From IMG/VR virus record IMGVR_UViG_3300028581_000026, positions 1-64,000 of that record: 64,000 bases of DNA; one strand, written 5' to 3'. Below are positions 29,988 through 39,768 of this stretch, piece after piece; the stretch's first letter is position 1; each line of letters opens with the position of its first letter. Below the pieces are notes generated by a model. The model had not been told where the DNA came from, did not search any database, and saw only the letters and a list, made by a program, of their open reading frames with translations. The translations under genes were made by a program, and so were the position numbers. The stretch comes from a virus.

Positions 29988-30137
29988 ATGGCCGGATGTG
30001 GATGTAAAAACAAACCAGTTCAACCTACCCATTCAACTCCAGCGAATCAATCTCAGCCAAACACTCAGAATTCGCAAAGTAACACAATTCAGGAGTCAAT
30101 CAAGAAAGTCGTTGAGAAATATTATAAGAAAAAATAA
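29988..30137 (+). CDS. Small protein MAGCGCKNK... (49 aa)
   Basis: A-rich leader, ATG 29988, TAA 30135-30137, terminator downstream; C-terminus IQESIKKVVEKYY. Confidence 0.65.
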   Translation: MAGCGCKNKPVQPTHSTPANQSQPNTQNSQSNTIQESIKKVVEKYYKKK

Positions 30138-30161
30138 TATTTTTTGATGGGGAGGTAAAAT

Positions 30162-30190
30162 GAAGGGGACATTATTTGTCCCTTTTTTTA
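30162..30190 (+). terminator. Intrinsic terminator
   Basis: aaggggaca-ttatt-tgtccctt followed by T tract. Confidence 0.7.
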
Positions 30191-30233
30191 TTTATATTGT
30201 CATAATTTTTTTGTATACATTAATTAAAAAATT

Positions 30234-31055
30234 ATGAAATACATAAACACATTTTCAAAGGAGGGGTTTGTTAATCTATTTGCGGATTATATAATAAAAA
30301 ATATTGACCCCATCCACAAATCACGTTTTCAAGTTATTGATTTTAAATCATTTTTGGTTGTATATGGTTCAACATCCTCTGATACTGTTTTGGACTTAAA
30401 TAAACTTAGAGACACCTTTGTTGAACAACATAAATCTTTAATTGATTTTCTAAATCTAAAACATATTAACATCATTGACTTAATTGATTATAGAGAACCA
30501 CTAAATTCAAATGAATTTCATTTCACATATTACAATAGTGATAGACCAATATTCAATCAAAAGGTAATTGATGAAGTTAATAGAGAAACAGAATATAACA
30601 AAGAGTTTTTGAATAACATAAATTATACAGACAAGTTGGAGTTAGAATTCTATTCCCCATTTATGTCTCACAACTTAACTATTGTCAATTCTACGAACTT
30701 TATGTCCGTGTCCTCATCTTTCCCTTATGGTTATAGTCTAAATCTTGGTAGGAGAGAGTTTTATTATGGGGAGTATGTCTGTAATCATCTGTTTGATATT
30801 TTGGTCACAGATAAGATTCTATTCAAATATACCTCTGATATAATTGATGATGATTTGAATGTAGATATTGTTTGTGATTCAATATATGATTTTAAAGATA
30901 TCAAATCATTGGTGCTAGATGTATTTGATTTTAACTTTAATAAGTTCGTCAATGACTATCTAAATGACTTTGATATTGAAACCGATATTACTAATCAGTT
31001 GGGCGATAAACCTTGGTTGGTTAAAGATAGAATGAAAGATTTGATTATATTTTAA
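30234..31055 (+). CDS. Hypothetical protein, possible remote MetK (SAM synthetase)-like fold
   Basis: N-terminal EG...ADYI...SRFQV...VVYGSTSS pattern and FPYGYS loosely resemble MetK; catalytic motifs absent. Confidence 0.5.
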   Translation: MKYINTFSKEGFVNLFADYIIKNIDPIHKSRFQVIDFKSFLVVYGSTSSDTVLDLNKLRDTFVEQHKSLIDFLNLKHINIIDLIDYREPLNSNEFHFTYYNSDRPIFNQKVIDEVNRETEYNKEFLNNINYTDKLELEFYSPFMSHNLTIVNSTNFMSVSSSFPYGYSLNLGRREFYYGEYVCNHLFDILVTDKILFKYTSDIIDDDLNVDIVCDSIYDFKDIKSLVLDVFDFNFNKFVNDYLNDFDIETDITNQLGDKPWLVKDRMKDLIIF

Positions 31056-31057
31056 AT

Positions 31058-31091
31058 TAAAAATCCCCACCTTAGAGATGGGGATTTTTTG
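31058..31091. terminator. Bidirectional terminator
   Basis: aaaaatcccca-N8-tggggattttt between convergent genes. Confidence 0.75.
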
Positions 31092-31093
31092 TT

Positions 31094-31546
31094 TTAGTTA
31101 ATTGTGTATAACTCAAAATATACATACAATTCACCCTGAAAGTTATCAGCTCCTTCGGTTGCGGGATTTGCGTTATATAACTTAAATTCCAATCCTATAG
31201 GACCTCCAGTTGAAATCAAATAAGGTATTGCGTTATCATCACCTGTCTGACTATAATACACCGAGAACTGTACATACACATTATCTATATTACCTACAGT
31301 TAAATCCAATGCTGGATTATTGATGTAAAATGTTACATTACTAGTAAACGCGGATGTTGGTGCTGTTGCCGCTGTAATATTAGTAATGTCAATAATCCCA
31401 AATGTTGTATCTACTGTAACGGTATTAGTTACATCCAAATCCAATTCATAATGTTTAGTGTCTTTTCCAGTTACATTGATTCCGTTTACTGATAACGAAG
31501 TTGTGTCAACTGTGTCTGTGATTAATCTGTCTACTTTTAATGGCAT
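31094..31546 (-). CDS. Thr-rich beta-type hypothetical protein (possible virion protein)
   Basis: Preceded by ATATTTAT (31581-31588); composition typical of structural proteins. Confidence 0.7.
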   Translation of the reverse strand: MPLKVDRLITDTVDTTSLSVNGINVTGKDTKHYELDLDVTNTVTVDTTFGIIDITNITAATAPTSAFTSNVTFYINNPALDLTVGNIDNVYVQFSVYYSQTGDDNAIPYLISTGGPIGLEFKLYNANPATEGADNFQGELYVYFELYTIN

Positions 31547-31624
31547 AATTTGTTTTTTTTTAGTTTATGTTTATTTCAATATAAATATTTACAATATCAA
31601 TAAAGTCATTATAATGTGAAATCA

Positions 31625-31656
31625 AAAATCCCCACCGATTATGATGGGGATTGTTT
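31625..31656 (-). terminator. Terminator, near-copy of 31058..31091
   Basis: aaaaatccccacc-gattatg-atggggatt. Confidence 0.7.
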
Positions 31657-31943
31657 TACATTAAGAACTTTTTAATTATTTCAAGACCTTCCTCCAATTC
31701 ATTGAAATCAACCTCTGGAGCAAATAACATTGGTATTGGTTCATCTGATTCACTTTCATCAACCAACATAAATGATGGAACGTAATCCTTACCAGTTAAT
31801 TCAACAAAGATGTCAAACTCATCACTATACTCATCAATGTCCCTATCGTAAAAATGAATTCCATTATCTTTTAACATTTGTTTGAAGACTACACAATGGG
31901 GGCATCCCTTCATTGTATATAGGATTACCAACTTATTATCCAT
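31656..31943 (-). CDS. Glutaredoxin-like protein
   Basis: LYTMKGCPHC...YVP. Confidence 0.85.
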   Translation of the reverse strand: MDNKLVILYTMKGCPHCVVFKQMLKDNGIHFYDRDIDEYSDEFDIFVELTGKDYVPSFMLVDESESDEPIPMLFAPEVDFNELEEGLEIIKKFLM

Positions 31944-32244
31944 TGATTAAGTTTTTAACGATTGTATTTAATTCTCCTTCAGTCATTATTCCCGACTTAG
32001 TAAATACTTCCCCACCATTATTAAATGCCTTTGTTGTTGGTACAGCTCTGACACCTAATTCTATGGCATAGTCCCCATTGTGTTCAACGTTCATTGTGTA
32101 CATAGGTATTTGAGAGTTTTCGGAAACTTTCTCAAATGTTGGTTTATACATTTTACATGGGCCGCAAAAGGACACCCAAAAGTCAACTATGACTTGTTCC
32201 CCATTATTAATCTTTGACTTTAATTCTTCACTTGTAATTTCCAT
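31936..32244 (-). CDS. Thioredoxin
   Basis: IVDFWVSFCGPCK...VRAVPT. Confidence 0.9.
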   Translation of the reverse strand: MEITSEELKSKINNGEQVIVDFWVSFCGPCKMYKPTFEKVSENSQIPMYTMNVEHNGDYAIELGVRAVPTTKAFNNGGEVFTKSGIMTEGELNTIVKNLING

Positions 32245-32561
32245 TATTTGTTTAATTTTATAAGATTATGTAATGTAAATTCGGCAACATTCAATCTGTC
32301 TACCGTAGTAAAAATAAATATATTAATACCCCCTTTTATGTAAATAAGAATTCCACTTGAGTCATATTCGACTAGTCTGTCCACCTCAACAATCTTATAG
32401 TCAATGACTTCCTTATTCACATATATAAGATATGATTTGTTAAGGAATTTCTCAATTTTTTCCTTATCAATTTTTTCATTTTCAAGATATAAAATTGATG
32501 GTTCAACCTTATATCTTTCCTTGAAAATTCTGGTTATTCGTTCATCAAAAGAGTAGTTCAT
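32244..32561 (-). CDS. Hypothetical protein
   Basis: Coupled overlaps on both sides. Confidence 0.65.
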   Translation of the reverse strand: MNYSFDERITRIFKERYKVEPSILYLENEKIDKEKIEKFLNKSYLIYVNKEVIDYKIVEVDRLVEYDSSGILIYIKGGINIFIFTTVDRLNVAEFTLHNLIKLNK

Positions 32562-34260
32562 CTATAAAGTTTGTATCTGGTGTTCTAATTAAGTTAAAGG
32601 ATGGTTTATATATTTCAATTGAGCTATTATCAAATCTCAATGTTCTATTTATTTTTTTCCCTCTTTGTCCTGGTGTCATATATATTTCCTTAAGGTCATT
32701 AAAGATAATTTTCCCTTCAAGTTTCACCCCTTTATATTCAACAGAATAATTTGGTAGTTCAAATATATTATTATCCATTATATATTTAATCCGTTTATCC
32801 ATTTCTTCCAAATATGAATCCCAAGTTATGTCCAATTGTTTATTAAACCTACCCAAACTTTGAACTCTAACCAATTCAATATTATCTTCATCTCCATATA
32901 TTTTGTACTCCACAGAAGCTCTTTCCTCCCCTTCTATGTCACCAACCCTAATGGATATAATTATTGATTCTGGACGATTGTTGTAAGTTCTAACACAATT
33001 TGATTGGACAATACTTTCCATTGAATATTCTTGAAATGTTGTTAATAAGACTGGATAATAGTTATCCATTGGTTCTTCAACAATTTCCTTAAATCTTGGG
33101 TTATACATTCTTTGATATCTTGGATCTTTGAATTTGGCAACCTTCTCACTCCAAATGAAATGTTCTGAATTAAATTCGGCATATGTTTTTGATTTCCAAG
33201 TTACAGGTTCAAATTGACTAAGTTTATCTCTGAATTCCAAATGGTCAATGAATGTATTATGATTGATTGAACCATTTATCATAAGTTTGAATATATCAAA
33301 ACAATTTAATAACTCATTTTTGGAAAATGAATACATATAATACGGATAATAGAGATGTTCTATACCAGGCATTGGGGGTGATTCAACAATATATTTAATC
33401 ACACTATCCTCCTTGGATAATATAAAATTATTACCAAATAATTCTAAAGCAAATCTCAAATTATATATTCCCCTAACTGTTGTAACTGTATGTAGAACCC
33501 TTTTAATCTTATCACCATTCAATCTATTAACACTCATATAAGCATCAATGAATTTGAACTTATGTTTCTTATATATTTTCTTGGTTATTTGGGGGTATGA
33601 TGGTTTAAATATATGCCAATTGTTTGGTAATTTAACCCCAATTCCATCCAAATAATGTTTATATATTCTGATGTCAGGACTAACAATTGAATTGTCTAGA
33701 TTGGGGATATGTTCCAAAAATAAGTCAAAGCACTTATTGATTTCTTTTGTATTTAAATCAACTTCTTCAAAAGTTTGTGGTTTAATATTATTTGGTTTAA
33801 AATATTGGAATATAACCTTGGAGAGAGTTGAAAGTGGGGTTAAATACCAAGTATTTTTATGGATAGTATTAAATTTCTTTTTTCTTCGTATTGTATTATT
33901 ACCTGTGTATATTTCATTTTTCTTGTAATTGTAAGTTACAAATTTAATGAACATATGTTTATTAAAATACTTTTGTCCCACCATTCTATGATTACTATAA
34001 AAATAGAACTTGAGTGAGACCTTATCTTCTGAGGTTTCTACTTTAATCCTATATCTATCGTGTCTACATTCAGCAAATTGATTTCCGTAATTACTAACAA
34101 AAGATTTGTCATCAAATAATGTTTCCAATAAACTGTCAAAAATATATTCCGGCTGAAAAAAGAATGGGTTGTCTTGTTTCGGTTTGTCTATTATGTCACA
34201 ATAATTCTTATATGTTTTTGTTAGATATTTTTCAATCTTATATTCGTATATTACCCCCAT
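32545..34260 (-). CDS. PcfJ-like domain protein
   Basis: C-terminal PVLLTT..EY..ES..QSNCVRTY...IISIR...RASVEY...VQSLGRFNK. Confidence 0.7.
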   Translation of the reverse strand: MGVIYEYKIEKYLTKTYKNYCDIIDKPKQDNPFFFQPEYIFDSLLETLFDDKSFVSNYGNQFAECRHDRYRIKVETSEDKVSLKFYFYSNHRMVGQKYFNKHMFIKFVTYNYKKNEIYTGNNTIRRKKKFNTIHKNTWYLTPLSTLSKVIFQYFKPNNIKPQTFEEVDLNTKEINKCFDLFLEHIPNLDNSIVSPDIRIYKHYLDGIGVKLPNNWHIFKPSYPQITKKIYKKHKFKFIDAYMSVNRLNGDKIKRVLHTVTTVRGIYNLRFALELFGNNFILSKEDSVIKYIVESPPMPGIEHLYYPYYMYSFSKNELLNCFDIFKLMINGSINHNTFIDHLEFRDKLSQFEPVTWKSKTYAEFNSEHFIWSEKVAKFKDPRYQRMYNPRFKEIVEEPMDNYYPVLLTTFQEYSMESIVQSNCVRTYNNRPESIIISIRVGDIEGEERASVEYKIYGDEDNIELVRVQSLGRFNKQLDITWDSYLEEMDKRIKYIMDNNIFELPNYSVEYKGVKLEGKIIFNDLKEIYMTPGQRGKKINRTLRFDNSSIEIYKPSFNLIRTPDTNFIDELLF

Positions 34261-34285
34261 ATAATTTCTTTTAGAAATTAATAAT

Positions 34286-34325
34286 AAAAAATGGGGAGAA
34301 TATCAAGTATCTCCCCATTTTATTT
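34286..34325 (-). terminator. Intrinsic terminator
   Basis: aaaatggggaga-N11-tctccccatttt. Confidence 0.75.
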
Positions 34326-35075
34326 TTAATAGACAAGAGTGTCGGCAAGTTCCCAGAGTTTGGTGTTCATGGTGTTGGTCGCCATAATGTTCTTGAGACC
34401 TTTGAGAGAGGTTTTCTTGCCAGCCTGACTTCTGTACTCAAGTCCGCCTTTTACGAACTTCTCTTGTACAATGTTGAAGGTAGTCCAAAGGTTGTCATCA
34501 TTGTCGCCAGTTCTTTGTGGAGTAATCAACTCCTCATAATCCACGAATGGAACTGAACCCATTCCCCACTTGATGATTGATGCGTCCTTTGCAAACTGAA
34601 TCTTCTCACCTTCCGTCATCATTCTGTCCATCATCTTATCAACTGAGCTTTGGATGAGTGGAAGTTTCTTGGAGAAACTCTCAGTAAGTTTCTTAACTTC
34701 CTCACTATCAAATCCCATGTGACGGATATTGAATTGTTCGGCTGTTGCAGTTGGGACTGTAAGACCGTTGGAACAAACCAATCTGAAGAGCCCAGCACCT
34801 ACATTCAGAGTTGTCATACCATTGTGGCTGTTACGGATTATTGCCTCAACTAATGTGTCACCAACTTTTGGTAGTTCTCCGTTTCTGAACCTCAACTCGT
34901 GAGTACCATACAAATCCTTACCATTTTGTTTGACTGAGGAGAGTTCCCATCCTTGGTTGGTAAAGTTTTCCACTATATCCATAGTTGGTACAAACATGTA
35001 TTTGTTGGACATTTTAGGATCTGCTGAAGTTGCGAATACTGCTGGAGCGATAGATTTGATTTCTTGGATTGTCAT
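34326..35075 (-). CDS. DUF932 family protein
   Basis: APAVF...SNKYMFVPT...NSHNG...AGLFRLVCSNGL...RHMG...LWTTFNIVQEKFVKGG...NTKLW. Confidence 0.85.
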   Translation of the reverse strand: MTIQEIKSIAPAVFATSADPKMSNKYMFVPTMDIVENFTNQGWELSSVKQNGKDLYGTHELRFRNGELPKVGDTLVEAIIRNSHNGMTTLNVGAGLFRLVCSNGLTVPTATAEQFNIRHMGFDSEEVKKLTESFSKKLPLIQSSVDKMMDRMMTEGEKIQFAKDASIIKWGMGSVPFVDYEELITPQRTGDNDDNLWTTFNIVQEKFVKGGLEYRSQAGKKTSLKGLKNIMATNTMNTKLWELADTLVY

Positions 35076-35099
35076 ATGATTTATGTTTTTAATTGGTTG

Positions 35100-35147
35100 A
35101 TAATTAACTTACAATACTATAAACCTAAGATTGGGGTGGAAAGTTCC
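35100..35147 (-). promoter_or_regulatory. Repeated promoter, copy 1 (GGAACT-N17-GTTTAT...ATTGTAAGTT)
   Basis: Upstream of 35075; near-identical to 35410..35457. Confidence 0.7.
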
Positions 35148-35160
35148 TATAGTTTAAAAT

Positions 35161-35385
35161 TTATTTTACTAATTCAATATAAGTACTCCCCATAAATGAA
35201 CCTTTAAGGTTGAAAGTTAAGGTAGAAAATAAACCTGAATGATTACTTACTTTGAAGTATCTACCTGATGGAGTAATTTCTGTTACAACACCTTCTTCAC
35301 CATCAACATTTAAAAATTTTTTATGGAGAACTGAATCTTGTCCTACTGAAATAGTAATTCCCATTTTGTTAGTGAATGTCTTCAT
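35161..35385 (-). CDS. Hypothetical protein
   Basis: Own promoter copy upstream. Confidence 0.7.
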   Translation of the reverse strand: MKTFTNKMGITISVGQDSVLHKKFLNVDGEEGVVTEITPSGRYFKVSNHSGLFSTLTFNLKGSFMGSTYIELVK

Positions 35386-35409
35386 ATCAGATATATTTTT
35401 TATTGGTGG

Positions 35410-35457
35410 ATAATAAACTTACAATATTATAAACCTAAGATTGGGGTGGAAAGTTCC
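35410..35457 (-). promoter_or_regulatory. Repeated promoter, copy 2
   Basis: ggaactttccaccccaatcttaggtttataatattgtaagtt on the minus strand. Confidence 0.7.
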
Positions 35458-35475
35458 CTAAAGATTTATATTTTT

Positions 35476-35667
35476 TTAAAATTTGGTTTTGAACCGTAAA
35501 TTCAATTCATCGAATAAAGAATTAATCTTATCAATTTCCTTTTGGTAAAATTCCTTTACCTCTGTATATTCAGTTTTATCCATTTCTCTAACGAAATGAT
35601 TTCTGAGAGTAAGTGTGTGTGCTGTCAAGAGAACAAATTGTTCCCCAGATAATTTGAAGTTTTTCAT
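35476..35667 (-). CDS. Hypothetical protein
   Basis: Own promoter copy upstream. Confidence 0.7.
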   Translation of the reverse strand: MKNFKLSGEQFVLLTAHTLTLRNHFVREMDKTEYTEVKEFYQKEIDKINSLFDELNLRFKTKF

Positions 35668-35688
35668 AATGATGGATTTTAATATTAA

Positions 35689-35736
35689 ATAATCAACTTA
35701 CAATACAATAAACCAAGGTCACCCCCAGTTAGTTCC
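35689..35736 (-). promoter_or_regulatory. Repeated promoter, copy 3 (different spacer, same length)
   Basis: ggaactaactgggggtgaccttggtttattgtattgtaagtt on the minus strand. Confidence 0.65.
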
Positions 35737-35754
35737 AAGAAGTTCAAAATATTT

Positions 35755-36033
35755 TTAATTTAATGAAAATAAACCATATTTGGTTTCAATGAATACACCA
35801 TCCAAAGTTAATATTCCTTTTGGATTTTTCTTAATACTCACAACAACATCAATCAGTTGTGTTCTGGTTGGGATGAGATCCAATCCAGCGTCAAGGTTTT
35901 TATAACAAAGTTCTTTTACCTTCTCATAAAAAACTTCTTTGAGGTCTCCCCCAATTAATTCCATTAACTCGTTGGGGTTTTTCTCAAAGAAGTTTATAAA
36001 ATTCTTAATGTATATTTCAACATCTATGTTCAT
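35755..36033 (-). CDS. Hypothetical protein
   Basis: 92-aa ORF. Confidence 0.7.
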   Translation of the reverse strand: MNIDVEIYIKNFINFFEKNPNELMELIGGDLKEVFYEKVKELCYKNLDAGLDLIPTRTQLIDVVVSIKKNPKGILTLDGVFIETKYGLFSLN

Positions 36034-36046
36034 AATAATTTATTTT

Positions 36047-37609
36047 TTATTGTACATAAAACATTCCATCTTTTCTTTCAATCAATTTCTCTTTCAAAAC
36101 TGGTGGTATCATAGGATTACTACCTCTAAGTACTATAAAATTCAATTCTTCCAATTCACTGATACTTTCTGGTAGTTGTTTCACTAGGGGACAATTAAGA
36201 ATAGAAAGAAATGTCAAGTTTTTCAAGTTTGAAACTGTATTTGGGATATTTTTAGCTGAAGCGTCAAATACCAATGAAGTTAGTTCGGTAAATCTACCAA
36301 TAGAATCTGGTATTTCAAAAGCTCTGTTTTGGTCTTTTGTACTGTTAATAAGTTGTAAAATTTTAATATTAGCAGGTAATTTATCTAACAAAGCTTCAAA
36401 ACCAAATATTTCAAAAATTCCTTTACTAGTTGGGTAGGTAATGATTGCTTCCTCATTACTACTCATAACATATTTTTTAAATAACATCTCAAATCCCTCT
36501 CTGAATATTGGTAATCCATCAAATATTTCTCTCATTATACCATTCTGACCAAAATATTTACCCAAATCAATTTGGCGGTCTAATAAATCCATAAATTGTT
36601 CTTTAATGAAATTAAATTGGAATCTATTTTTTGGTAATCCCGACTTTGGTGATACATTACCACCGTCATTTGTTGGTAAAATAACATACAATGGGGAATC
36701 TATAGCACATTTTGTTTTAACATTTTCATAAGGTGTTGTGTAATAATCAAAGTTACTTACATATCCTTTTTCACCTTTTAATAGAGCGTTACCTGGTGCC
36801 GAAGTACACCAATTAGACTCACCATCATTTTTCAATTGACTTCCACCATAAAATACTGCCGCGTGTCTAGCCAATGGATTTTTAGGATTAATTTCAACAA
36901 CAACCCAATCTTTACCTTGATAAACTATCGGACAATCAAATTTACTATAAGGATTATCACCTTGAACTTTTTCAGCTTCTTTCCTAACCTGTTTATTTAT
37001 ATTTTTTTCCGGTATTTGATAATTCATACAGACATCACCCAAATCTTTTGGTGTTAATTTATTGATGTCTTTTTTATCTAAAGGTAATAAATCTTTAAAT
37101 TTCTTTAATTGATGGAATTTAATTAAATCAGTTTTAAGACTAGGTAAATCCTCAATAAAAAGTCTACGATATTCTGTAACTGCTCTTTTGTATTCTGGTG
37201 ATTTGGGGTCTAGTTCTTTTATATTACTTGGTAATTTTGCGGCATAATAAGATAATATCCAATTTGCATATTCACCAACTTTCACTTTTTCCATATCATC
37301 TATACTAGCACCATCAATATCAAAATTAGATGGCTCAGTTCCAGCTATACAAGGTGATGTTGCACAAGGTATTGTTGTTGGGTCGGAAAATATGATTTGT
37401 TTTAATACTTGAAATGGTGTTATTTGTACTTGTTCCAATTCATTTGTTTGGTCATTAAGTTTAGTCATTGTACTACCAGCCAATTTACCTTTTGCATTTG
37501 GATTTTTTCTGAGGTCTTCTTCTGATGGTATTACCAATTTATCATACAACATCTTGAATCTAGATGTATTTTCAAGTATTAATCGTTTTAGTATTGATTT
37601 GAATCTCAT
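36047..37609 (-). CDS. Leader-bearing protein with WCT-type domain and C-terminal LRRs
   Basis: MRFKSILKRLILEN; NWCTSA...PLYVIL...RFQF...QFMD; IPDSIGRFTELTSL/LPESISELEELNFI repeats. Confidence 0.75.
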   Translation of the reverse strand: MRFKSILKRLILENTSRFKMLYDKLVIPSEEDLRKNPNAKGKLAGSTMTKLNDQTNELEQVQITPFQVLKQIIFSDPTTIPCATSPCIAGTEPSNFDIDGASIDDMEKVKVGEYANWILSYYAAKLPSNIKELDPKSPEYKRAVTEYRRLFIEDLPSLKTDLIKFHQLKKFKDLLPLDKKDINKLTPKDLGDVCMNYQIPEKNINKQVRKEAEKVQGDNPYSKFDCPIVYQGKDWVVVEINPKNPLARHAAVFYGGSQLKNDGESNWCTSAPGNALLKGEKGYVSNFDYYTTPYENVKTKCAIDSPLYVILPTNDGGNVSPKSGLPKNRFQFNFIKEQFMDLLDRQIDLGKYFGQNGIMREIFDGLPIFREGFEMLFKKYVMSSNEEAIITYPTSKGIFEIFGFEALLDKLPANIKILQLINSTKDQNRAFEIPDSIGRFTELTSLVFDASAKNIPNTVSNLKNLTFLSILNCPLVKQLPESISELEELNFIVLRGSNPMIPPVLKEKLIERKDGMFYVQ

Positions 37610-37697
37610 TGTAAAATTTTTATTTATAAATATCTTAAAAAATCAAAATCTTTATTAGTTATAAAAGTATGGTATTTTTATAATAAAAAATATAGAT

Positions 37698-37844
37698 ATG
37701 AAACAAGAAAAAAGTTGCAAAAGTTGCAAAAAAGGTTTAAGTGGGCAACAAATTGGGTTATTCGGATTATCATTATTTATCCTTGGAACTTCCATTTATG
37801 GGACAATATTATTATTCAAAAATATTATTTCCCTTTTCTATTAA
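37698..37844 (+). CDS. Small CxxC plus transmembrane protein (48 aa)
   Basis: [48 protein letters not shown]; not in ORF track. Confidence 0.5.
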   Translation: MKQEKSCKSCKKGLSGQQIGLFGLSLFILGTSIYGTILLFKNIISLFY

Positions 37845-38742
37845 ATTTAACATTTAGATAGATAATCAAATCCCCAATATACTCACCCCTATATCCTTTT
37901 CCTTTTACCCTCAATGGTTTGGTTGAATCAAAATCATCTGGTAATTTGACGAGGATATTTCCATTGGGGTGGGGTATTTCAAGATTTTCTTTGGATAAAT
38001 CATTTAAGCTTAGATATGATTGATATATTAAATGATTTTCTCTCTTCTCAAAATTATCTTTTGGTTTAATGAACACACGAATAATTAAATTACCATATCC
38101 CCCACTAAAATAATCACCCTTACCTTGTAATCTTAGAAACTGTCCTTCATCAATACCTTGGGGTATTTTGACCTTAATTGAATCTTTTTTGGGGTTTGTA
38201 CCAGAACCACCACATCCATTACAAACTTTTTTAAATAACTCACCAACGCCTCTACAAGTGTTACAAGGTTGTCTTATTACTTGTTGAAAAAACCCTGACC
38301 CCATTGTTATTGTTGTATGTCCAACACCATTACATTGATGACATCTTATTCTTTCACCTCCAGCACCATTACAAGGTTCACATTTAATCTTTCGTTCATA
38401 TTCAAATGTCTTTTCAACACCAATATATGATTCAAGACAACCAATTTCAACATTAACAACTTTCTCAGGAGCACTGGTTTTACGTTGTGTAAATCCCCCG
38501 CCATTGAAGAAGTCATTAAACATACTGCCTAAGTCACCATATGGATTTTTTCTTTGGTTATCGTATTGTTGTCGTTTGGTATCATCCCCCAATATATCAT
38601 AGGCTTGAGATATTTTTTTAAACTTCTCTTCATCCCCACTTTTGTCTGGATGATGTTCCATTGCCAACTTTCTATATGTCTTTTTGATTTCATCTGGGGT
38701 GGCGGTTTCAGTTACACCCAATATGTCATAGTAATTTTCCAT
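37825..38742 (-). CDS. dnaJ: Chaperone DnaJ
   Basis: J domain with HPD, four CxxCxGxG repeats, C-terminal LRLQGKG/GDLII. Confidence 0.92.
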   Translation of the reverse strand: MENYYDILGVTETATPDEIKKTYRKLAMEHHPDKSGDEEKFKKISQAYDILGDDTKRQQYDNQRKNPYGDLGSMFNDFFNGGGFTQRKTSAPEKVVNVEIGCLESYIGVEKTFEYERKIKCEPCNGAGGERIRCHQCNGVGHTTITMGSGFFQQVIRQPCNTCRGVGELFKKVCNGCGGSGTNPKKDSIKVKIPQGIDEGQFLRLQGKGDYFSGGYGNLIIRVFIKPKDNFEKRENHLIYQSYLSLNDLSKENLEIPHPNGNILVKLPDDFDSTKPLRVKGKGYRGEYIGDLIIYLNVKFNRKGK

Positions 38743-38778
38743 TATTTATATTATTTAAAGTCTAATTATTTTTATATT

Positions 38779-39417
38779 ATGAACTACCAAATAGTCCTAT
38801 TCAAAAATAAAGAAAAGAAAAAAATAATCAATAAGTTTATCACCTTTGATAAGGCAAAGAAAGGTTATGAAAATCTGTTAAAGAAAAGTGAAAATGTTAT
38901 TTTCAATGTTCAGACTCAGAATGGAAAACCTTGTAATTATGAAATCGCCTTAATCGGAAAAGATAAACGAAAGGATCCAATATACCTTAAAGATAGTTTG
39001 GGTAGGAATATTAAGGTTGAATTGGACACTGATGAGTTCAGTATTATAAAGATTCATCAATACAACAAGGAAGAATCATTTTTGGATTACAAGACAAAAA
39101 ATAAAATAACCACCAACCAATTTATAAACAAATATTTAAAGGGTGGTGGTTTAAAAATGATATCAAAACTAAACAACAAGATTGTTCTTCAAAATGAAGA
39201 AAAGATAAATCTATTTACATTCAAAAGTGAAGAAGATGCTCTTAGGTTCACCGATGTTTTATCAAATTTATTTGTTAAAACAAATCGTAAAGATTGTATG
39301 ATTGTTAATGATTATTCCACAATACAGAGGAAATCATTATATGATATGTTGGTGGATAATGGGTTTTCTAGAGAGTATCTCCAGACATATTCAACTGCGT
39401 TTCTTTTAAAAAAATAA
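38779..39417 (+). CDS. Hypothetical protein
   Basis: Start moved to ATG 38779 (MNYQIVLFKNK) to avoid the dnaJ overlap. Confidence 0.75.
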   Translation: MNYQIVLFKNKEKKKIINKFITFDKAKKGYENLLKKSENVIFNVQTQNGKPCNYEIALIGKDKRKDPIYLKDSLGRNIKVELDTDEFSIIKIHQYNKEESFLDYKTKNKITTNQFINKYLKGGGLKMISKLNNKIVLQNEEKINLFTFKSEEDALRFTDVLSNLFVKTNRKDCMIVNDYSTIQRKSLYDMLVDNGFSREYLQTYSTAFLLKK

Positions 39418-39616
39418 ACTCAGTTCCAGAAATATCTATTTTAAATTGGGTGGTATTTGAAAAGTCATTCACTTGAGTTTTAATCATATTGAAATCATTA
39501 TCATTAAGGGAATATACAACTACCACTTTTGAGTTTGGTATTATGTCTAATAATCCATCTGACACCATTGCCATTTTTTGAATTAACCCATTAACACCTT
39601 CTTGATTCTTTGCCAT
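39368..39616 (-). CDS. Hypothetical protein
   Basis: Operon packing. Confidence 0.65.
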   Translation of the reverse strand: MAKNQEGVNGLIQKMAMVSDGLLDIIPNSKVVVVYSLNDNDFNMIKTQVNDFSNTTQFKIDISGTEFIFLKETQLNMSGDTL

Positions 39617-39768
39617 ATTGTTAGTTTCTTTGGTTTTTGTGGTAAAATATCTTCTTTTTTATATTTTTTGATTTCCTTGATTGTTTCAAGTTTTTGGAGG
39701 TTGGTTTGATTTTCACCTTTTTTAATCTCACTAAACAGCCACTCTATCTGTGTTGATTTGTTCTTCAT
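39583..39768 (-). CDS. Hypothetical protein
   Basis: C-terminal KLTIWQRIKKVLMG amphipathic helix. Confidence 0.6.
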   Translation of the reverse strand: MKNKSTQIEWLFSEIKKGENQTNLQKLETIKEIKKYKKEDILPQKPKKLTIWQRIKKVLMG

